Shown: positions 25,013 through 37,339 of the stretch, piece by piece
Layout: each line of letters opens with the position of its first letter
How positions within the stretch are numbered: position 1 is the stretch's first letter
Source of the DNA: Yuukianura sp. NJ FZ-2021
Taxonomy: Eukaryota
NCBI GenBank assembly: GCA_046563655.1
Contig: CM102283.1
Location: 1,922,001 to 1,986,000 of the forward strand
DNA: 64,000 nt
Direction: 5' to 3'
Notes under the pieces: model-generated
Told to the model about the DNA's origin: nothing
The model's input: only the letters and a program-made list of their open reading frames with translations
The model's database searches: none
Program-made: the position numbers and the translations under genes

Positions 25013-26096
25013 ATGAATTCCTACTGCCTTTTAATTTTTAGTTTTTCTGCAGCAATAACTTGTTCTGAAGGTAAGAAATGCACATGCGTGTTGCGTTTTG
25101 CGTGTGAAATTTTTGTGCGTTTGACCCTGAGGTCAAATCAAAAACTATGAAAAAACATTTCCTCGTTTGCTGTCATTGTATTTTGCTTTTGTCTTTGCCG
25201 CGTTATAGGGTTCTTGCCTTGGGGTTTCGGCGGAGGTGGAGGCGGATTTGGGGTCAATGACCTCTACAATTTTGCTGGCCAGGGCGGCGGTTTTCCACTA
25301 GAAAGTCTTGGATTCAACTTTCGACCGCAAGGTCACGGCGGGTCAAATAAGAACTTTGACTCGTCTGTTAAGCAAGACCGTAGTGAAGGCGGCGGTGAGT
25401 AGAACTTTCCTATTTTTTACATTTTAGAAATGACAAGGGTCATTGACGTACTTTTGTAAGAACCAAAGGTCAATGCCCTCGCCATTTTACGCCCAAGGTC
25501 AATGACCCCGCTATTTTCAAACCAAAGGTCAATGACCTTATATGATTTTTCTCAGATTTTGAGTCCGCAGCTCTTCAGGAAACCAACAAGTACCGGAAAA
25601 TGCATCAAGCTGGTCCACTTTCTCTGGATCCCGAGGTTTAGAAGAAAAAAAAATTATAAAAAAATTTTTTTTACATAAATTGTTAATGTGATTATTAACA
25701 TTTATTTTTGTTGTTGAAATTTTGAAGTTGAGCGCCGGATGTCAAGCTTGGGCAGAACGGATGGCTTCCACTGGACAATTCAAGCACAGTTGCAGCATGT
25801 GCAGTGAATACGGAGAGAATTTGTGGATGATGGGCGGACTAATCCTGAGTCCACCGGATGCTGCTCGGAAAGCAGTCACGAGTTGGTACAACGAGGTCAA
25901 AGATTACAATTTTAACAATCCCGGGTTTTCTGGTGCCACTGGTCACTTCACAGCATTGGTCTGGAAGGGATCCACCAAAATGGGCATCGGTTTGGCCACA
26001 AATCCAGCCAAAAAGACAACCTACGTTGTAGCACGCTATGTCGAAGCAGGAAACATGCAAGGAGCATTTGCTGAAAATGTTTTGCCGGCACAATGA
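25013..26096 (+). CDS. Secreted CAP/SCP protein 2 with Gly-rich N-terminal region
   Basis: Signal exon 25013-25070, Gly-rich exon from 25209, then TNKYRKMHQAGPL, YGENL, GHFTALVWKGS, VARYVEAGN. Confidence 0.87.
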
Positions 26097-26376
26097 AAAC
26101 ACTTTTCAACAAAAGTGAAAAAAAAAAATTTCAAAATTTTCAAAAACTCCAATTTTTTGCTTCGCAGAGCCACACTTGTTCAAAGTTTGAGTAAAAAAAA
26201 ATAGATTTGCACCGCAATCAAAAATTTGGGGCTTATTTTTGTGACTTAAATTATTATTTATTTCAGTCTAAAAATAAATTACTAGAGCATTCCAACTTTT
26301 GAAATTTTAAAAAATATTATTTCATGTTTGAAAAAAGTGGTGTTTTTTTTTTTGTCAAAAAAATTTGAATCTTTTT

Positions 26377-27759
26377 TCAGAATCCGTGCAGATTCGATCT
26401 TGCACGAGGAAACCCATGTTGGTGAAATCCACGAGCGGAGTTTTCAGCCGGATAGTATATGGCTACGACGACCATTCGACGCGCAGAAGCAGCAAATCCA
26501 ATTCCAAATTCCTTTGCAGAAGGGGACACAAGCTGCGTAAATGCCGATGGAACTGGATTTCTGGAATCGTAGCTCATACGCTGCGAGTACCAGTAGTTAA
26601 TTGCCGTTTCGACAGACATAGAAGCAGAATTTGAAAATGATGGACCAGATCTGCTGTAAATCAAAACGCCGGAAGTGAATGTTGATTGGTTAGGTTCGTC
26701 AACCTGATTGGCTAAAATTTTGGCAGCTTCTTCTGCTCCCCGGTTTAAAGTTTCAGACAAAATTAGTGGCGGAACTTTATGTCTGTGTCGGAGTTTGTTT
26801 TGCAAAGTAAGGGCAAGGAGTTGATGTTCTGCACATGTACCGACTGACGCTACTTTGTCCAGGAAGTTCCAGTGATGAAGGTTCATGCTGCCGATGGTAT
26901 CGGTTTTCTGAATTTGTACCGATTCACCGGTACAACTCGGTCCCGAGTAGAGCCGAACACAAGCGTCATGCGTATTCACCGAAGCGACATTTTTGTACAT
27001 TGGCGGAAACACGTTCTTACAGTCATAAACAACCAAGTCTGCTTTCTTTCCTGAAGAAAAAAGGCAAAATTTTGAATTAGCTCACAAAGTGCAAAAAAGA
27101 TGATGCTTTTAAAAAAATGTTTTTTGAATATATTTTTAGCTTTTACCTTTTCTATCAACAAATTCGTACAACGAAACCAAAAGTTCTGAAAAATCTGCAG
27201 GAATGAAAAAAAAAGTTATATAAAATTTCGATTCCGACAATTCTTTGTTTTAGTGAGCTCACCATCGTCGTAGTCCATTTCTCTGATATGCTCCGAAATG
27301 GCAACACTTCTGGTGGCAGGGGAACACAGCTTAATTGCCAGCAATTTGTCATTGAAATCTTGGTATTCGCCGCTCAAATCAACCAAATTTGATTCTCCCG
27401 CCAAATTTGAAATGATCAAAGGTTTTGCATCGGTGCAAAGCCGCGTAGCATGAAGTTCCAAGCAGGCGCTTTTGTGGAGGAGCAGTGACGAAACACGATA
27501 GAGCCAGCCACGTGGCATCGCCGTGCATGAAATCACATCCAACATAGTTGAGTCTCCTGAATTTCAAAAAAGTTCAAAACTAAAAAGCATGTTATTTACT
27601 AATTGTAACTTTTCAAAAAATTTTTGAAAGGTTTTTTTTTAATTTACCGCCTCCATTGTTGTGGTCAAACACAGTAACAGTCTCTGCACCGACGGTAGTG
27701 CATAGTGTCACAAAAATTAAAATCGCCGCCAGTGAGTAAATAGATTTAATCAAATCCAT
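26377..27759 (-). CDS. Secreted protein: two beta-gamma-crystallin-like domains plus degenerate CAP domain
   Basis: Signal peptide; Greek-key-like motifs (TVFDHNNGGG..RVSSL..FNDKLLAI; VASVNT..VRLYSGPSCTG..FLDKVASV); C-terminal NKLRHRHKVPPL..WY..AFTQLV..FGIG..VVAIYYP. Confidence 0.7.
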
Positions 27760-28842
27760 TTTGAGGTTTTCGAAAATTTGAAACAAAAAAATTCAATTGG
27801 AGCTTGCTTTCGGCTTTGTCCGATAGTAATTGCAACGTTTCTTTTTTGTTCAACTTAACAAATTTCTTAACACTGAACGTCTTGATTCATTTTGTGGTTG
27901 CATTTTATATCCCACACCTTAATTCTTTCTTTCCGGTGCTGGTATTTCTTGAATTGCGACCAATTCAGTGGAATCGCGTCATTTTAAGTCTCCAAAAAAG
28001 CGTCTTTTTTCTAAAATTATTTAGAATGTCAAAGGTTTTTTTTGATCCCCACATATGTACAATATGTCTTTTCATTCCAGTGTTAACTTTTTGTATGAAT
28101 TGCATCCTGGTTTTATATGTCAATTCGAAGCATTCTTTGGAAACTACGCTTCCTAGAAGTTGTTTACTTGTCAAGTCACTGTCACTTGAGAGATAAATAG
28201 TTGCATGATGGGTTACGTCATAAATTGCCAAATTTAGGATCAAATAGAAACGGAGGATTTGTGCTACAAACATCTAAATATTCAACATTTGCTTTTTCAA
28301 AAATAGGTCAGGAATTTCCAACCAAACAAAAAGTTTAAATTTGATCAAAAACTACATTTTCATGACGTCAAAATTTAAATTTGTATCAATTTAAAAAGAA
28401 ATTAGGCACGCGGTGACGCATTTTATTTTTTTTTTGCCAAATTTATTAACCGTGCGTCGGTAATCTCAATTTACAAAAATAATTTCTTTGTCCAGTTGCA
28501 AATGCCTCAGAAATTTAGAGCAAAATGCCGCACCTAGTTTTGAAAGTGAAAACTTGTCCAAAAAAACTTCCAAAAAATAGAATTTTTGCAAAATTGAGAA
28601 CGTACAATTTTGATAAAATTTCAAATTCAAACGTGTGTGTAAAAGGCGAAAGCAAAAAACTTTTCAAAATTTCCAAAGAAAAAGTTTGATAAAACGAGAC
28701 TTTTACGTTTGTAACCAAAATGGGGCAAACAAAATTACGAAAAAAAGAAGGAATAGTTAATGCAAATTTCATGCAGTCAATGTTAGTTTATTAACGAAAA
28801 TCAATTGTTAATGTTAGTTAACAAAAATCAATCGTTTTATGA

Positions 28843-29763
28843 TTAGTTGTAACAACCGGATTCGATACCCGGTCCTTCCAGACCGAACGCAGACCGAACA
28901 TGACCGTAAATCCGGTAGCGAGCTTCAGCTTTGTCTCGGTTTTGACCGTAGCACTCCAGCGCTCCATTGATAGCCCTCGTGGTGGCTCCAAAGTGGCCTT
29001 GAGCCACTCCCGGTTGGTTATGCACATTGATTCTCCAGAACCAAAAAGCAGTGTCCCAAGCCGTCTTTTCGTCACGCGCCACCCTGTCCGGGTCACGCAC
29101 GAGCGTATCGTCTCCAAAGATGTCTTTTGATGCTGGTCTGTAGTTGTAGCACCATGACAACTGAATGTACCCTCTCCCGTAGTAGTCCTGTCCATGCACA
29201 TCGCAGTCTCTAGTTTCGTAGTGACCAGGGCAACCGGTTTGTGCGCAGGCGTACTCCCGTTTAGCTCGAAGTCCGTCTGATTCGTGCATGAATTGGGCCA
29301 AGGCCATTGCTCCCTCCACTTTGCTGGTAATAGAACCCCGGATGGGTGCTGAAGTGATGAAGGCGTCGTACTTGTCTCGTCCTGGAGCGGGGTAACCGTT
29401 AGATGTAACGGCGGCCACAAACTGTTCAAAAGTGACTTGTCCTAAAAAATTTTTTTCAAAATTTTTGAAAAAGAGTAAAAAAAAATGCTCTAGAATTTTG
29501 AAATTTTTTTTGAATATACCAATGTCATCAGCACCGGTTCCCGGATCGGTTTCGCCACCACCGTGACCCGGATCATCAGTGGGGTTGCAGCATTCGTAGA
29601 TCCATCCGCCAGCACATTTCGTCTTGGATTTCTCCACTTGTCCGTAGGGATGGCAACCAACTTGGGCCCAACTGTCCAAGTTACAGCCTGTCGTCCAGCA
29701 GGAATTTGCAGCGGCACAGGACGCCAAAGCAGAAACAACAGTCAAAATGTATACTGTTTTCAT
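28843..29763 (-). CDS. Secreted glycoside hydrolase family 19 chitinase with N-terminal 6-Cys module
   Basis: AQFMHES, YYGRGYIQLSWCYNY, TAFWFW, FGATTRAINGALEC; one in-frame 78-nt GT-AG intron at 29442-29519. Confidence 0.92.
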   Translation of the reverse strand: MKTVYILTVVSALASCAAANSCWTTGCNLDSWAQVGCHPYGQVEKSKTKCAGGWIYECCNPTDDPGHGGGETDPGTGADDIGIFKKNFKILEHFFLLFFKNFEKNFLGQVTFEQFVAAVTSNGYPAPGRDKYDAFITSAPIRGSITSKVEGAMALAQFMHESDGLRAKREYACAQTGCPGHYETRDCDVHGQDYYGRGYIQLSWCYNYRPASKDIFGDDTLVRDPDRVARDEKTAWDTAFWFWRINVHNQPGVAQGHFGATTRAINGALECYGQNRDKAEARYRIYGHVRSAFGLEGPGIESGCYN

Positions 29764-30563
29764 ATTCTCGGGTTTTTGGTGAAGTAAAAATTGAAATTTT
29801 GAAGTAAAAATTAGCAAGTTTTTGAAACATATTTATATGCTTGATGGATGAGCTGACGCACAGAGATCATCCAAATTTCGTTTTCTGGTGGATTAGCAGT
29901 TTATTACACCGTAAGATTAAAAAGTAGCGGCATTTTGCAATTTTTGGCTTTTCGCAACAAAGCTACTTCCTCTAAACAATACGTAGAATTTGATACGCAG
30001 TGAGTTCATAAAACTTATCATTTCCACTTTCAACTTTTTTATTGAACTTGACATTATGATAGATGAACAGTAAGGACAAAACAACAAAGCTTTTTTAGAA
30101 AAAATAGAGGAAAGAAGGAATTTACTAAAGTTGTAAACGGATCATCGGATTTGCAGTTTACGACGCAACCACGATCAGCGTCGACGTCAATAATCTTCAG
30201 ATCATCCCGAAAAGTGATGATCATCCTGTAATGTGATGACATCAGAAACGGCTTAACTCACTCGTCTTGTATATTAGAATCTGAATTATAATTTTTATAT
30301 CATGATTTATATATTTTATATTCTAATTTTTAGAATTGGTTTATTTTATTACAGTCACGTGTTATGACATTTGAAATGTACGTTTAATGGCACAATTTAA
30401 AGCTAAATGTAAACAGAAAATTCACAAGAATTCATAAAGCGCGTACCGTCTACTGAGCTTGTATTGTCTATAAGGTTTCTCTAACGAAGTCTTTACTTTA
30501 ATGTAGAAACTTATTCAAGGTGTAGAGTTGAAACTAGAATTTAGTTAACGGCTTTGCTAAGTT

Positions 30564-32979
30564 ATGTTAGTTTGGAAGTTAGCTTCTATTTTAATTTTTG
30601 CAGCTACTATTACCCGTAACAAAGCAAATGACTCATTTTGCCATGTGAAAGATTTGGAATTTTTTCAAAACGGAAACCAATTTCAAAACGGAAATGAAAA
30701 TTTTGAAGGCCAAAGGTCTTGCTTTGGTGCGATTGTGTTTGAGGAACCAACGGAAATATTTGCAGCTTGTGCAGGTTTTTCCAGGCAGGAAAAGCAATAC
30801 AAAGCAGCAAAATTGGATTACAGATAATTCTGAAATACTTTTACATTTTCGAAAACATTAACAATTTTGTTTTAAATTTTGTTCAGATTTTGTGTGAAAA
30901 AACGGTTGTGCTCGTCTCACAGTTGGAACTGTACGACGAGCCTGGAGAATCAAAAAGTATACGACCTTCATCCGAAGCACGCCAATACATCAAAAAAAAG
31001 ACATCAACTGAAAAGACATCAACTAAAAGACATCAACCAGAAAGACATCAACAATGCAAACACATCAACTATGAAAAGACATCAACCCAAAAGACATCAA
31101 CAATGCAAACACATCAACAATGAAAAGACATCAAAACTAAAAGACATCAACAGAAATTCTATTTTTATACCCGAAATTGAAATTTGGGAATTTTTTTTCA
31201 AAATTTTGAAAAAAAGTAAGTCTGGCCATACTATCACAGTTAGGAATACTGATGACGTGTGGCTAGCTTAGCCTGCGGTACCGCGCCGAAGGCGCGGCGT
31301 TAGGTTTGGTAAAGCACACCATAGGGATTACGTCTGTAGGTTGGATTGTCTAAGTCTGGCTTATTACATTTTCAAAATTTTAAAAAAAAATCCTCATTTC
31401 TTTTCTGTTGATGTCTTTTGGGTTGATGTCTTTTCATTGTTGATGTGTTTGCATTGTTGATGTCTTTTGTGTTGATGTGTTTTTATAGTTGATGTGTTTG
31501 CATTGTTGATGTCTTTCTGGTTGATGTCTTTTGTGTTGATGTCTTTTCAGTTGATGTCTTTTTTTTGATGTATTGGCATGGACCCCCTTCATCATGTATT
31601 AACCTTTGACTATTTCAAAATTTGAAATTTTGAATTTTTTGCTTGAAATTCAATTGTCTAGATCCAAGTGATTTATGCTGTTTCAACTGCGGAGACTCAG
31701 AATTCTTTGAACCGGATTTCCTTCCGAAAATGCTTTTCGAATATCATAAATAGCAAAAATTCAACATTTCAAGGAAACCGTTTTCTTTTAAGAGGCCGAC
31801 GTGCAACAGATGACGCAGAAGCTGCGACGCAGGAGGCCTCAGAACACGAAACCATGATGGAGAAAGTCCTAGGACAAAAAAGTTTGACTGAGAAAGTCGT
31901 CGAACAAGAAACTTTGACCAAAAAATTCCTGGAGCAGACAAAGCGAATGTTTTACTTCTTGGCAAATTTGAATCCAGAGAGTGTTCAAAGTCAAGTACGC
32001 GTGGTCAGCATTTTGGAAAAAACGGTTGACCTCGTGACCTCTCTCTGTGACCCTAACTTCCTCAGCCCACTTTTTATGCGAGAAGCTTTGCGTGGCTTTC
32101 TATTTATGTTTAAAGAACAGGGGTCAGATGGGGTCATTGACCTTGAAGAACAAGACTTCGCAAATTTAACATTTGCTTTAGATTCTTGCGCCACTGTGTC
32201 TGCGCCTCTGACTCTTCTAGGGGTCAACTGCCCGTCTGAAGTCAAGGTCAAATTTCAAGAAAACAATGAAAAATCAAGGTCACGATAGAAAATTTGACTT
32301 TTTATTTTTTTTCTGAAATTTTAGGTGAAAGCTGTCAGTCGATTTGTCAACGGAGAGGCTCATACTGTTGCGTATGCACCTACGACATTTTCCTTCGAGT
32401 GGGGCAAATACGACATTTTTATTGACGCAATGTGGTATGCTATGAACATTGTGCATGGCGCCTGCTATTCAACTTTTCAACAAACTGTCAACCTTCACCA
32501 CAAGTATGAAGTCAGTTTAGAACAACTTTTCAAGGGAGACATTCTAACAAGGTGGTAAGTAGGGCACTTCGGAATTGAAAAAATATGACCAGGGTGGATT
32601 CGAACTCGTGACTCTGAACTGTTTACTTGTGCAGGAGACAACCCGTGACCTTGGTCCGAGAGTCTCAGTACGACCACATTCTCCTTGCTTCCGTCAACCA
32701 ATCAATGCACGTCCTGGATGCTTGTACAGCAGGAGCTTACATCTTGTCTCCATTTCAGCACAGACTCCAACGCCCTGAAAAAGTGACCTTGAAAAGGAAA
32801 AGGTGATTGACATATGACTTTACCCCATGGGGCATTGACCTTGTTTGACCTTGACATTTCACTTTTCAAAATTTTAAACTTTTAGGAGGGAAACACGCAA
32901 CTCAAAAGTTCGGGCACACTGTGTACAAAAAGAGAACATGAAAGACGGATTGAGCAAATTGAAGAAGAAGTTTTGTTAA
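30564..32979 (+). CDS. Multi-exon protein of unknown function (5' structure uncertain)
   Basis: Signal-like start at 30564; open coding-like exons ~31774-32244, 32325-32555 and 32886-32979 with compatible splice phases at the 3' end. Confidence 0.5.
30973..31585. mobile_element. Foldback-like MITE with modular inverted arms
   Basis: Arms made of (aaagacatcaac)n / (gttgatgtcttt)n units; 8-bp TSD ccttcatc at 30965-30972 and 31586-31593; central GC hairpin ccgcgccgaaggcgcgg. Confidence 0.82.
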
Positions 32980-33141
32980 TCGATTTTATAAACATTGACA
33001 ATTTTTACATAGTTTTTAATAAATTACTGAAACAACATAACTGTAATAAAAAAAATTAAGTTAAGGATTCAAAATAATGATAAAAAAAAATTCAAAAAAT
33101 TACCAAATTGCAAACAAAAAACTTAGCAACAATTTTTTTTT

Positions 33142-36078
33142 TTACAAAAGATAAGCAAATACAATGAGTAGGACAACAGTGAAATCTATTGAATGTGTGG
33201 TTGAGGTCAATGACCTTTCGCTACTCTCACTCCTGCAATCCGACTCACGGATTTGGCGGTACGGTTCGAATTTGGGGTAGTGTAGAGTGTTTTCCTAGGA
33301 GAAACAGTAAGTTTAAGAAATTTTCCTGCGTCATAAAAAAGTTATCAAAATTTCGAAACTGAATTTTGAGAAGCTAACTTACGTCAATTGGAATACGTCT
33401 GAGACCAGAAGCGGAGCAGAACATATAATGTAATCCATTTCTCCATCCATTTTCAATGCCTTTAACGGTTTCCGCGTGATTCCAATTGATATGTCGCAAA
33501 AAGGCGCCAACGGATGAGGAATTTGACGACATTGTACCTCTCGCCATTTCAAATGGAGTTTGCAAACTGCTCTCCATTGTTCCCATCAATTGCAGTGCAT
33601 TGTCAACTTGAGTTAGTTGTACAGAACCACTAAAACGAAAAAAATATACATCCAAATTTTATGAAAATTTGGTTGTTTTAATGAAATTTTTAAATTTCTG
33701 TTTTACGATTGAACTTACCGCGTAAAGTAAGGTTGGTACTTTGTAAATGGGAGACGCATTTTGTCAAAAACGGCGCCAGTAACATTTGAAATGCCGAGAG
33801 TCTGAAAAAACGAATGAAATTCGGGCTGACTTCGGCAGTCCGTCAAGTCTGTTTTCGGATAGTAGAGAACAACGGCTTCACACATTTCGTTGCTAGTAGA
33901 CATTCCACCCTAAGAAAAAATTTTGTGTCAAAAATTTTGCTTTCGAAATTTTGAAAATTTGGAGAATCAAATTGTTACAAATGTCAGTTTCTCCTTCCGT
34001 TCCGTGTCGTAAGTACACTCGACCATCAGTTCATCTCCGGGTAAAACTGTAACTTCTTTCTTCACTCTTCTGAATTGTTGAAAAGTAAAATCGTAATTTT
34101 TGTCCTAAAATTTGGAAATTCAAAAAGAGGCTTGAATTTTTTTTCAAAATTTCACTACTTTTTGAATTTACTTGCAAAATGGGCTCAAGTTCTTGACCCT
34201 TGCGAACATGCCGTAACACAATTTTCCGTCCCATCATTTGTGCATGTAGAAGTCCGCTGGTGATTTTGATCCCATCTGATGCCGAAATTCCCTGATATTT
34301 ATAATATTATTATTATACAATATTATTATTATTATGTTAATTCAATTATAGTATTTCTATTCATTTGATTACGTTTTGTGTGCATTCGCTAGAACAGAAG
34401 CTGTGTGTGGTAAAAGCATTTTGGAATTGTGGGATCATTTGAAACGGCGTAATTCGGTGTCCCAAAACCAGCGTTCCAGCATCGTTATTCCGCAGATTTT
34501 CGGTGTAAAATATTCGAAATCCAGAGTTATCCATGACTGTGATAAAAAAAAGTCGAAATCTTTTTTTTTGTATTTCACAAAAAAATTTCTTTTTCGGAAA
34601 GTAATTTTTTTCTCAAAAAGAACGTACATGTCTTGCGCATGGGATTATTGTAGTGAATCTCCAATTTGAAGTAAGTGTCGCCTTCTCCATCTTCCCCAAC
34701 TGGAACTCCAATGTGACTTGGAAACATTTCACCTGTCAACAGAATGAGATTTTAAAATATTTAAATATTATATAAATTATTATATTTTATATAAATTCGC
34801 AAGTGAAAACAAGTTACCCTCTGAACCAATTGCCCAAGTGAACAGGAAAGTCGAACAGTAGGTGGCCCACTCTGGTGGATTTCGTGGGTCATAGCATTCA
34901 GCGGCCTCCGTTCCCACGTATTTTTCAAAAACGTTTCGCGTTCCGCCAAAATGGTCCGGTACATGACATGTGTATAGGGTAATGTGATGCACAAATTCAA
35001 TGTTTTCAGCTTTCAGAATCAGCGGTCGAAACTAAAAAATGACAATTTGGTCAGTAGAAAATAAATTTTGGTCATTGGAAAATAAAGGTCATTGACCTTT
35101 GTCTAGTAGGTCATGAAGCATTGAACTTCAATTGGAAGGTCATTGACCTTACAAAAATGACCTTACAGTTTAATGTCTAAATTAAACCTTGGCATTGTTT
35201 CAACTTACCCCAATCAAGTGAAATTTCTTATCAGCCCGCGGGAATTTGAAAATTCTGCACATGTAAGTCGTTTCTATCGGTTCAATATGCACTCTGCTCA
35301 TGGCGACGTCCCAATGCCGTATCGATTCCGAATCTTGTTCGGCTTTGTTCGGAAACCGTACCGTGTTGACCGGAGATCGCAGCAGAACCGTTCTTGTTCC
35401 GCGGGTTTTAGCACCATGCCAGTGAAAAGTCAAAGTCGGAAGGGTGAGTGGATCACTGAGATGCCACGCCCAGATGAGACGCACAGTATCGTCCTTCAAA
35501 TTTTGAAACACCAATTTCAAAATTTCAATTTTCAAAAACAAATTCAATGCAAATCATCATTTTCAAAATTTTGAATTTTACGTCAATTCTCAAATCATGT
35601 CGGTCGTCACACGTATCCCACCGTCTTCGGAATCGTACCGTCGTTCTGCCATCTCTTTCTGACGCCGCAACCAAATCGTAGTCCTGCTGATCATCTTGAA
35701 TCGGCTGCTCTCTTTCTGGAGCATGAAAGTCCTGGCAGGAAAATGTTGAAAATTCAAAATTCAAGAATCAAAATTTCAAAATTTTGAATTTACCGCCAAG
35801 TGTGGGAGTCCGTCACGGTCAACCCACCCTACGACAATGTCGCTGCCCTTCATGCCTCCACTAGGGCTGAACCCTACGGCGACATAGCCTAACGTAGGTG
35901 CACTCATTTCCATTGTTAAGTAATACGGGTCTTCTGCGTTCCACTTAATCTCCATGCCAGTTTCCAGTGATAGCTCCTGTGTCCAGCGCTGGAAAGAGTC
36001 TGGCAACACTTGACCTTGACCTTGACCCTTAACCGAGGTCAACAGACACAATAGCACTGCCAATATTTCCAAATCCAT
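33142..36078 (-). CDS. DBH-like monooxygenase (MOXD1-like: DOMON plus Cu type II monooxygenase N/C), copy 1
   Basis: GYVAVGFSPSGGMKGSDIVVGW, FRRRWDTCD, VHH, EIHYNNP, DNSG, EMC; hydrophobic C-terminus. Confidence 0.9.
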
Positions 36079-37339
36079 TTTTTTGAAATTCCAACTTTTA
36101 AGAATTTTTCGAACAAATTTCACTTTTCGAAGAACTTTTTACAATAAATGTTCAGTTTAATGGTTTCAGAGCAGGAAGCAAGCAGTGAATGTTTAGAAAA
36201 CGCCTGTTGTACACCATGTGTCTCTTGCTGGTTCCAGAACAAGGTTAGCTTAGGTTAGGTTTGGTACCCTTCAAGGGCCCTCCGCGCAGGGTCCCTTCAT
36301 GGGCTCAAGTGTCTCTACCGGGGTCATGTTACTGAAACTGGATCCGAAGAGGAAGTGGTTCTGAATGAAACAAAAAAATTCAAAACTCTTTCTAAAACAC
36401 ACTGAAAACGTTTCTAAAATTAAAACGTTTGTTAGCCGTTGTTTTTTCAAAAATATCAGAAGTGTTGAAAATTGAAAATTCGAAAGCGTCGAAAATTTTT
36501 GAAATCAAAAGACAAAAATGTTGAAAGTCAACGTTCAAGAAGGATAAAGAGAAATGACTAGAGGAAGAATTTGCAAGAAAACACTGTGAGGTCAATGCCC
36601 CATCGTGTTCAAACAGCACTTTTTTTTTGTTCGTAAAATATAAATACAAAATGTTTCGTGACGATGATAAAAATTGTGTGGCTTCTTTTTCAAACAAAGT
36701 CCAATCACTTTCTAAGCCTTAACCCTCCACTTTCACTTTAATTTCTAAGGAAGTGTTTGGAAAAAAATTGAAAAGTAGGCATGCAATGTCTCTGTGCTGT
36801 GCATAGCACTTTCACCTACGCCACACCATGTGGGGTGCGCAGCTTTTACTTTAGGGTGCGACCATGTTTTACTTGAATAAAAAGAACACTAGGATATTGT
36901 TCTTCCGAGGCCGGTTGGTTAACAAGCTTTACGATTCGATACCGTAAAAGTTCTCGTTTGGCCCACTGTCCGGGCTTAAAATTTGTGGAACGTGAAAATG
37001 ATACACGTTTGTTCAATTTCTTTGGTAAAAGCATTTTTTTTGACAACGTACGGTACTTTGAAGGGAAACGACGAAACGAGCAAGGTGACATGGAGTGAAG
37101 GCCAAAGTGAAAGTGGAAGTTAATTGGAATCAAGAATCAATCACCTTGTTCTTTCTAGCAAATTGGATACAAATTGGTTTTCTAATTTTGGTGAAAACGG
37201 AACAGGGGTCACCAAGGTCAAAATTGTTATTTTCTCGTCATTTTTGAAAAACTGGACCTAATAAGGTGAATTAAAATTCAAAGGAAATAAGATTTTAGTC
37301 AAATTGACTTTAAAAATTTATATACAGTTTGTATTGTCA

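Noticed and set aside
25147-25208. ATG at 25147 as start of CAP2
   Set aside because: Out of frame; the upstream exon 25013-25070 gives an in-phase signal peptide.
29442-29519. Apparent K/F/N-rich insert in the 324-aa chitinase ORF
   Set aside because: It is a 78-nt in-frame GT-AG intron with typical AT-rich composition.
30054-30242. Coding-like fragment (ITLQDDHHFSG / IIDVDADRGC) vaguely crystallin-like
   Set aside because: Short, frameshifted, no supportable gene model.
30767-31271. Repetitive ORFs (KRHQ.. / KTST..)
   Set aside because: Translations of the foldback element's tandem modules.
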